Assembly: GCA_044229845.1 (NCBI GenBank)
Contig: JBGASG010000011.1
Span: forward strand, 79,480 to 143,479
Reading direction: 5' to 3'
DNA length: 64,000 nt
Origin: Candidatus Obscuribacteraceae bacterium
GTDB lineage: Bacteria > Cyanobacteriota > Vampirovibrionia > Obscuribacterales > Obscuribacteraceae
A model generated the notes under the pieces. That model saw only the letters and a list, made by a program, of their open reading frames with translations. It was not told the DNA's origin and searched no databases. Shown here in pieces: positions 57,546 through 64,000 of this stretch; position 1 is the first letter of the stretch, and each line of letters starts with the position of its first letter. The translations under genes and the position numbers were made by a program.

Positions 57546-58316
57546 TCAGGTATGCGCTGGTATCGTGAAGAAAATAGTTGTACCGACATCCGGTTCTGAT
57601 TGAGCCCAGATTGTGCCGCCATGTCGCTCGACAATTCGCTTGCACAAAGCCAGTCCCAGTCCGGTTCCGGGGTATTGCGCGCTGGCGTGGAGTCGTTTAA
57701 AACGGTTGAAAAGTTGATCTACATATTTCATGTCGAAACCAACTCCATTATCCTCTACTGAAAATAGCCAGCCTGCCTGATCCTCAACGGCGGCAATGTT
57801 GATCACCGGGGATTGAGAAAATTTCAGAGCATTACTTATGAGGTTTTGAAAAAGCAGCATAAGCAAGGTCGGCTCAGCATTCAGCTGTGGCAGCTCCTCC
57901 ACTTCGATACGGGCATTTCGTTCCTTTATTACAGGCTGAAGATTTCTCAGTGCATTGTCCAGAGCAGCCCGGCAATCGGTAGGCTCGAATGCCAGATCTT
58001 GTGAGTCAACGCGGGAAAGCGTCAACAGAGCACGAACAACAGTCCGCATTCTGCCTGCGGCCCTCACAGTTTCATCAAGCCACAGATTAGCCTCATCAGG
58101 CATTTGCGGTCCATAGTTGCTTTGCAGCAAGGAGACGAAACCGTCTATTGTGACCAGGGGCGCTTGCAGCTCGTGAGCAGCCAGACACGCGAACTGATAA
58201 AGGTCGTCATTCGAGCGGGTAAGCCGCTCGATATGCTCGTTCAATCCCTGCTCGGCGTGTGGCATATTCTCATCCTGAATGAGAACAGGCACCACATGCA
58301 GTGGCGCCTGTCTCAA
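57546..58316 (-). CDS. Sensor-less histidine kinase (HisKA + HATPase)
   Basis: AHELQAPL, NLISNALKF, DNGVG, FKRLH and GTGLGLA motifs. Confidence 0.85.
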   Translation of the reverse strand: MRQAPLHVVPVLIQDENMPHAEQGLNEHIERLTRSNDDLYQFACLAAHELQAPLVTIDGFVSLLQSNYGPQMPDEANLWLDETVRAAGRMRTVVRALLTLSRVDSQDLAFEPTDCRAALDNALRNLQPVIKERNARIEVEELPQLNAEPTLLMLLFQNLISNALKFSQSPVINIAAVEDQAGWLFSVEDNGVGFDMKYVDQLFNRFKRLHASAQYPGTGLGLALCKRIVERHGGTIWAQSEPDVGTTIFFTIPAHT

Positions 58317-58542
58317 AATTCGCCTTCAGGCATGGCTTGTCTGAACTCAGTCTCCGCTCTAATTAAAAAGATGGATATCGGTCATCCCACAATTCTAATT
58401 TCCGACCTTGCCAGAGACCACGCCGTCAGCCGTAACTCCAGTATTCATGCGCTTTTTCTTGATTCTTCGAAACTCCTTTTTCATTATGATAAATCGATCG
58501 CCCACCTCTGAATTTGTTAACCAAACTTTCAAATTTTCGACC

Positions 58543-59013
58543 CTATGCGTACTTCAATTCCGGCTCATCAAAACCTTGTCCAGCTAGTTTTAGCAACACG
58601 TGTGCGATGCTCCTTGGCTTACCTTGTGATTGAACAATGTTGATCGTCTCAAGTGCTCGGCAGGCCACGTATGGATTCTCATCTTCTGCGAGTTTCTCCA
58701 GTAATTCGATCGGAGTGTCGATATCGTCAGCGAGGGCGAGCCTGACATCAGGGTCTTCATCTGATATCAGTCTAAAGCTTATAAAAGCGGGTGTTGAACG
58801 ATTGGTGCCCACTGCAATGCGTACGTCAGGACATCTGTCCGCTGCAAGAATCTCCAGTACATCGCTTGGAGTCTTCGGGTTTTCTGCCACTCTCAACCTT
58901 ATGCTGGCGATCTCACTGTGCGCCATTGCTTCCAGAACATCCGCGGAACAGCTCTGACTGCCAGCTTTTATATAAGAATCAAGAATATCTCCATACAACT
59001 TCGCATTGAACAT
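58543..59013 (-). CDS. LRV/HEAT-repeat protein
   Basis: Repeats of VR.AVA.N..TP...L..LA.D; GGAGG SD. Confidence 0.8.
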   Translation of the reverse strand: MFNAKLYGDILDSYIKAGSQSCSADVLEAMAHSEIASIRLRVAENPKTPSDVLEILAADRCPDVRIAVGTNRSTPAFISFRLISDEDPDVRLALADDIDTPIELLEKLAEDENPYVACRALETINIVQSQGKPRSIAHVLLKLAGQGFDEPELKYA

Positions 59014-59213
59014 AAGGCGGAACCTCCGTCAGTCTACTTAGCTAAAGCCGGCTGCAAAGCCGGTTGAAGGAAAAATAGCCATCGAAAGATCCGGTCAAAA
59101 TAACCGACGATCTCTGGGCATAATTGTTCAGCTCGGCAGCCCCAGACCTTCTGGAGCTGCCACTTTTAGCTGTATTCCAGCCAGCAGGCTGGTGTTCATC
59201 ATGCTCTGGAACT
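59014..59213 (-). ncRNA. Candidate structured 5' leader RNA
   Basis: Three-way junction at 59118-59204 plus two further hairpins; the wobble pairs work only on the minus strand. Confidence 0.45.
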
Positions 59214-59429
59214 ATTCACAATATACACTCGTTAAACTGCGCAAACCCTCCACAGTGCAAAGATTTGGGCTATCCGAACGAAGGTAATTTGAACCTTCCA
59301 CCCTGATTTATACAAAATGATTTAGCCTCCGTCAAGATGCAGGAGAGAAATTTTTTCGAGCCCGAAAACACTGATCTGGACGTTGTTTGGTGCAGAACCG
59401 CTAAACATCGTCTCCTATTACAAGCGAGA

Positions 59430-59451
59430 AGGCGGCAGTAAACTGCCGCCT
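59430..59451 (-). terminator. Hairpin after the BCAM0308-like gene
   Basis: AGGCGGCAGT-AA-ACTGCCGCCT. Confidence 0.6.
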
Positions 59452-59455
59452 CGAT

Positions 59456-59980
59456 TTACGGACGCTGCCATTTGACAAAGACGAATTTCTCATCTTCAGA
59501 CGGCGTTATCTTAAGTTTGCCTTTGAACGCTTTGTTGATAGCCTTTCCCAGGCGCTCCGAGAGCGTGCACGTCGTCGTAATAATTCGAATCGTGTCATCC
59601 TTCTCGTGAATAGCAGCTATTTGAGACAAGGGATTGTGCAAATAGCCTTTCGCTGCAGCATGATAGAGCGTTCCCCAGAACATCTCTCGTTGCTCTGACA
59701 ACAAAGGACTCTTCAGGACAACCTCGCCCTCGAAGTGCTGGTCTTCAACGCGCTGGCATCCCGGACAGACGACGAGCCTGGATAAAGGGTTATCTTTGAT
59801 CTGAGCAGCCAGCTCCGAGTTCACAAACCAATGCTTTTGCATGCTCACGGCGCCACATCTCTGGCAAACCATTTGGCCGGCTTGCGTTTTTCGCTTTTGC
59901 TTCATGTGGCGATCTTCGTAAAGACGCTCGGTGCTGTGCCCGATCTCGGGTCTGGCTTTGGCGCGATCCACAGTTTTCAT
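59456..59980 (-). CDS. BCAM0308-family (NMD3-like) protein
   Basis: CQRCGA....W, CPGCQR.ED...G, NPL..I, TT...L..RLG.A..KA..G and V.W.R motifs. Confidence 0.8.
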   Translation of the reverse strand: MKTVDRAKARPEIGHSTERLYEDRHMKQKRKTQAGQMVCQRCGAVSMQKHWFVNSELAAQIKDNPLSRLVVCPGCQRVEDQHFEGEVVLKSPLLSEQREMFWGTLYHAAAKGYLHNPLSQIAAIHEKDDTIRIITTTCTLSERLGKAINKAFKGKLKITPSEDEKFVFVKWQRP

Positions 59981-60002
59981 CGAAAGTTCCTCTTCAATGC
60001 CT

Positions 60003-60437
60003 TTAGATAATTCCGCAAAAGAGCGGGTGCGATGCCGGAGAGCGATCGCTACTGACCTCGCTCTTGCGAGGACCTGACTCGAAGGTATCCTGACCGATCC
60101 ACGTTGATTTCCAGATCAGCTCCTTGTTCTGATTGGCATCAACAATCATTTGCCAGCTGGCTACAAATCGTTTGTTAGCCGGGTCGACAATCTGTCCGAC
60201 CCAGGCTGTCATACAGCCGTACTTTGAGAAATCCACACAAAATGAAAAGACATCGTTCCGCGCAAAGCCCGTCAGCGGAAATGTTTCGGAGCGTCCCCCG
60301 CCTTTGCTGATACCGTTCACGAATGAGCCGACAATCTTGCCCGTTTCGTCAATTTCTAGATGCATTTCGGAATTGTGCTGGTTGTGCCAAACTCCCGCGA
60401 GAACCTTCACAGGGGATGTCAGCGTTGTCATGATCAC
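60003..60437 (-). CDS. Avidin/streptavidin family protein without signal peptide
   Basis: G.W.NQ..S, FPLTG, TAW.GQ and W.ST..G.DTF motifs. Confidence 0.8.
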   Translation of the reverse strand: MIMTTLTSPVKVLAGVWHNQHNSEMHLEIDETGKIVGSFVNGISKGGGRSETFPLTGFARNDVFSFCVDFSKYGCMTAWVGQIVDPANKRFVASWQMIVDANQNKELIWKSTWIGQDTFESGPRKSEVSSDRSPASHPLFCGII

Positions 60438-60519
60438 CTACTCCTATCGAACGGATAACGATTGCATTTGATCATCCCTCGGCGCACAAAAATGCGCATT
60501 GTCTGTAAGATTGAGTTGC

Positions 60520-60537
60520 CTCCTTCTGAAGGATGAA
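60520..60537. promoter_or_regulatory. 7-4-7 box CTCCTTC-TGAA-GGATGAA
   Basis: Upstream of the avidin-like gene. Confidence 0.5.
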
Positions 60538-60538
60538 T

Positions 60539-62437
60539 TTAAACGTGCTGGCACGCATTACGACCTGGCTGCAGCATCGATAGCAAATCATCTGTTGTTA
60601 GCGTCTCTGCGACCAAAAGGCGCTCGGCGACTTGATAGAGGTGATCTTTGTGCTCTAGCAAGATCGCGCCGGCGCGATCAGCGGCGTCCTCAATTAGTCC
60701 TTTTACGGCCCGGTCGATCTCATGGGCAGTGGACTCGCTGAACCGTTGGCGCTCCCACGGCATCGCCGCAACGCCTCCGTTACCTGACTGCAGAGGCTCG
60801 CCTTCATAGGCTACCGGACCAAGTTTTTCACTCATGCCATACCGCATAACCATAGCGCGAGCGATCTCAGTGGCTTTAGCGAGGTCGTCCGCCGCTCCAG
60901 TGCTGGTATCACCGAACACAGCTAATTCCGCAGCCCGCCCAGCTAGAAGTCCGGCCAACTTATTGTGCAGTTCACCGGCGGACACCAGAAAACGATCTTC
61001 AGTCGGTCTTTGCAAGGTATATCCGAGAGCACCGAGCCCGCGGGGGATAATCGAGACCTTCTGGAGGCGCTCCACGCCCGGCAACAAAACCGACAATAAC
61101 GCGTGACCAGACTCGTGGAATGCGACACGTTTGCGTTCCAACGCGTTGAGCAATCGATTTTTCTTCTCCAACCCCGCCACGATCCGTTCAAGGGCAGCCA
61201 AAAAATCAGCTGCGTAAACTTGCTCAACTTCGCGTCGAGCTGCGAGCAAAACCGCTTCGTTGACCAAGTTGGCCAAATCAGCGCCGGTAAAGCCTGGTGT
61301 CATAGTGGCTACTTCTTCAACGTCGACATCCGGAGCGCAAATAACGTTTTGCAAATGCACGTTCAATATGTCCACGCGTCCGGTTTTATCTGGTCGGTCC
61401 ACCAGCACGTGCCGATCAAAGCGCCCCGCGCGCAAAAGTGCCGGGTCGAGAATTTCCGGGCGATTGGTGGCGCCTAAGAGCACTACGCCTCGAGTGACAT
61501 CAAATCCGTCAATTTCCACCAGCAATTGATTGAGAGTTTGCTCTTTTTCATCGTGACCACCGGTAGCCGGGCTCAAGGCTCTCGCTTTGCCCAGCGCGTC
61601 CAATTCATCGATAAAGATGATACAGGGAGCGGCTTTCCTCGCCTCCGAGAAAAGATCACGCACCCGGGCTGCTCCAACTCCTACATAAAGTTCAACGAAT
61701 TCTGAGCCGCTTATAGAAAAAAACGGCACGCTTGCTTCCCCCGCCACTGCTCTAGCCAGCAAGGTTTTACCCGTGCCAGGCGGACCAACCAGGAGAATTC
61801 CTTTCGGCAACCGGCCACCAAGCTTGCTGTAGCGATCGGGCTTCTTGAGAAACTGGACGATTTCCTTTAATTCATCCTTCGCTTCGTCCACTCCAGCCAC
61901 ATCCGCAAAGGTAATCTCGATTCTTTCTTCTTTGAACACGCGTGCGCCGCTGCGCTCCATGGAGGAAAGCACACCGCCCGCTCCGCCGCGAGCCGCCGAT
62001 TTGCCGACGCTCAGCAGCGCAAAGAGCAGGAGGACGGGGAGCGCCGTCGAAAATATCATAGAAAGCCAATCATGCTCTTCTTTTCCTTCAAACTTAACTG
62101 GCAACTTCGCCAGTTCATCAGCTATTTGCGGATCGACTCGGACAGTTTCGAACGTGCGGCCCTTATTTTTGCCGTTTGTGATATCTCCTTCTATGCGTCG
62201 AGTGGTGACCTTGAGATTGGACACAGCACCCGCTCTAGCTCTTTCGAGAAATTCACTATATGTCAGACTCACTCTCGGCAGCGGCAACATAAGCGGAATC
62301 GCCATTGCAAACAACCAGAAGACCAGGATGATCACCAATGCGATGATTTCATTGGAGGACCAATTTTTTTCCTTCTTGCCGTCCGTCTCGGCTGAGGTTG
62401 GCTCGTGCTTGTTCGGCTTCGCTTTGGGCTTGCTCAT
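60539..62437 (-). CDS. ftsH: ATP-dependent zinc metalloprotease FtsH
   Basis: Two TM helices; [26 protein letters not shown] and HESGH motifs. Confidence 0.95.
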   Translation of the reverse strand: MSKPKAKPNKHEPTSAETDGKKEKNWSSNEIIALVIILVFWLFAMAIPLMLPLPRVSLTYSEFLERARAGAVSNLKVTTRRIEGDITNGKNKGRTFETVRVDPQIADELAKLPVKFEGKEEHDWLSMIFSTALPVLLLFALLSVGKSAARGGAGGVLSSMERSGARVFKEERIEITFADVAGVDEAKDELKEIVQFLKKPDRYSKLGGRLPKGILLVGPPGTGKTLLARAVAGEASVPFFSISGSEFVELYVGVGAARVRDLFSEARKAAPCIIFIDELDALGKARALSPATGGHDEKEQTLNQLLVEIDGFDVTRGVVLLGATNRPEILDPALLRAGRFDRHVLVDRPDKTGRVDILNVHLQNVICAPDVDVEEVATMTPGFTGADLANLVNEAVLLAARREVEQVYAADFLAALERIVAGLEKKNRLLNALERKRVAFHESGHALLSVLLPGVERLQKVSIIPRGLGALGYTLQRPTEDRFLVSAGELHNKLAGLLAGRAAELAVFGDTSTGAADDLAKATEIARAMVMRYGMSEKLGPVAYEGEPLQSGNGGVAAMPWERQRFSESTAHEIDRAVKGLIEDAADRAGAILLEHKDHLYQVAERLLVAETLTTDDLLSMLQPGRNACQHV

Positions 62438-62493
62438 ATCTGGACCGTTCTCTACTAACTGCCGCCAGTCTAGTAATTTACCGACAGTCCGAC

Positions 62494-62561
62494 ATCAGTC
62501 TGCGGCATGTCATCCGTGCGGACGAGCCATAACAGTGGCAGCTTTCAGCAGCTAGATGGAG
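62494..62561. promoter_or_regulatory. Cluster of 7-4-7 boxes (best GTCATCC-GTGC-GGACGAG at 62509-26)
   Basis: Weaker sites at 62494-511 (30.5 bp from minus-strand TAGACT) and 62544-61, in the ftsH/USP spacer. Confidence 0.6.
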
Positions 62562-62620
62562 GTTGGAGAGCTGGGAAATTGTGATAGTAGGAGCACGCAA
62601 AGCCCACGAGGAGCAACTCG

Positions 62621-63124
62621 ATGAAAGTAATAATCGCCATAGATGACTCGCCGATGACAGAAACAGTGATCGCTAACGTGCTTTCACGACGCTGGCCGGA
62701 GGACACCCAATTCAAAATATTGACGGTGCTTGAACCGCTTTGTATTTCGTCTGAAGAAAGTGATTACTCAGACGCTCTCGTGCAGGTGTACGACAAGCGT
62801 AAAAGCAGCGCGGCAAAGTGGTGCGAAAAGCTCCGAGAACGTCTGGAATCTCACATAACAAGTGCGCACGTTCACTATGACATTCGGGAGGGACAGGCCC
62901 CCGGACAGATTATAGATGCGGCGGTTGAATGGTCCGCTGACAAAATACTGATTGGCGCCCATGGACAAAATGTCTGTCCGCATAACCTCGTAGGCAGCGT
63001 GTCACGCCGCGTGGCGAGCCATGCGCCCTGTTCGGTTGAGATCATCCGCTCCAAAGTACAAGCAGCCAAAGGCAACTCGAACTCCAAGCAATCGGCAGTC
63101 GCAAGCAAGAGCCGAAAGGGCTAA
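62621..63124 (+). CDS. Universal stress protein
   Basis: MKVIIAIDDS and ADKILIGAHG...GSVS..V..HAPCSV motifs. Confidence 0.92.
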   Translation: MKVIIAIDDSPMTETVIANVLSRRWPEDTQFKILTVLEPLCISSEESDYSDALVQVYDKRKSSAAKWCEKLRERLESHITSAHVHYDIREGQAPGQIIDAAVEWSADKILIGAHGQNVCPHNLVGSVSRRVASHAPCSVEIIRSKVQAAKGNSNSKQSAVASKSRKG

Positions 63125-63125
63125 G

Positions 63126-63827
63126 ATGAGTTTCTGGCTTTCGCTTACGTCGGTCTGTTTAGTCATGAACCTGCTCCTGCCTTCGGCTTTATTTCCAGGG
63201 CGAATCCAGCCGTCGGGCCCCGAAAACCGCCCGCTCACTGCGGAGGAGCAGAGAGGAGGACTCGGTGCAGCCGTCTTGCTGGAGTTACTGGCGGACGTGA
63301 CGATGTCCGCCGAAGACTTTCTCGATGCCGAGGTGCTTTACCGTCGGACCAGGGACCTCTACCGGGTGTGCGGTGATTGCAAATGCTTGGCCCGGTGCAG
63401 CACAAAATTAGCCATTGTACTAGCTGAAGAGAACAAATTTTCCGCGTCCAAAATTGAAAGCGAAGCAGCCCTCAAATACTACTCACAACTTTCCAGCCTG
63501 GAAAAAGACAAGGGAGCAGTCCTCCATAATCTGGGTTGGATTGCCGCTCAACAGGGTGATATTGACGAAGCATGCGCTCGCTATCTTGACGCGATCAGGC
63601 ACTACTCGCTATTCAAGAACGACAATCTTGCCGCAGTACTGGGAGCGCTATCGGAGCGATCCCTTGCTCGATTGTACTTTCAACAAAAGAAGTATGGCAT
63701 GGCGACCGAGTATTACAGGGAGTGTCTGACAACGCTCGAAAGAAAACTCAAGCGACACCACTCGATGACCGTCGAGGTTAGACGCGAGTATACGGAAGCG
63801 TTACTGCGAAGCAAGGATAGCCAGTAA
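63126..63827 (+). CDS. TPR protein with N-terminal hydrophobic segment
   Basis: TPR helices; similar to 49666-50370. Confidence 0.75.
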   Translation: MSFWLSLTSVCLVMNLLLPSALFPGRIQPSGPENRPLTAEEQRGGLGAAVLLELLADVTMSAEDFLDAEVLYRRTRDLYRVCGDCKCLARCSTKLAIVLAEENKFSASKIESEAALKYYSQLSSLEKDKGAVLHNLGWIAAQQGDIDEACARYLDAIRHYSLFKNDNLAAVLGALSERSLARLYFQQKKYGMATEYYRECLTTLERKLKRHHSMTVEVRREYTEALLRSKDSQ

Positions 63828-63860
63828 TGGTGGACTTCAAAGCGTCAAAGCCACCTGGCG

Positions 63861-64000
63861 GGATCTGTCAATCGATTTGTGTCAAAGGTTGAGTCACGGC
63901 GCGATCCTTCCTGCGAACTCTATTGAAAATTGATTCATTGCTGCGCCCCAGTCCCGCAGCGGCATGGTCCATTTCTTCGCGATGTTCTGTGCGGCCAGGT
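63861..64000 (-). mobile_element. Second IS256 copy (truncated by the window edge)
   Basis: 140 bp identical to 54873-55012, same orientation. Confidence 0.95.

Noticed and set aside
59130..59170. tracrRNA tail or c-di-GMP riboswitch (AAAAGUGGC, GCUGCCGA)
   Set aside because: Only short words match; there are no cas genes or array, and no GNRA/receptor architecture.
54873..64000. Composite transposon bounded by IS256 copies
   Set aside because: The first copy has its own TSD on both sides, indicating an independent insertion.
1..64000. CRISPR arrays, tRNA or rRNA genes
   Set aside because: No regularly spaced repeats or recognisable tRNA/rRNA sequence was seen by eye.

Overview
A 64-kb bacterial low-oxygen / nitrogen-oxide respiration and stress island. 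The gene repertoire tentatively suggests a non-photosynthetic Cyanobacteria relative (Melainabacteria/Obscuribacterales-like); this is unverified. The core is a minus-strand operon hemG-narC-narGHJI. In it NarI is fused, through an internal twin-arginine motif, to a Rieske domain, and is followed by a cytochrome b and a monoheme cytochrome c with a cytochrome f-like YP N-terminus. Nearby are two NarK transporters, qNOR, two Rrf2 regulators, an NnrS-like gene, a Rieske/cytochrome b/bd-like oxidase operon, a tryptophanase + tyrosine phenol-lyase pair, and a USP/Hsp20/SulP/FtsH/HtrA stress block. Mobile DNA: a class C group II intron behind a terminator, hcp interrupted by an IS66 that is itself interrupted by an antisense group II intron, and two IS256 copies. 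Reading the intergenic DNA revealed a 7-4-7 palindrome (ATCATCC-N4-GGATGAT type) at about 20 sites. In nine cases it lies 30-33 bp from a -10 hexamer, which points to an island-wide activator regulon and predicts two unannotated small RNAs. A structured three-way-junction leader RNA also precedes an LRV-repeat gene. No rRNA, tRNA or CRISPR array was seen.
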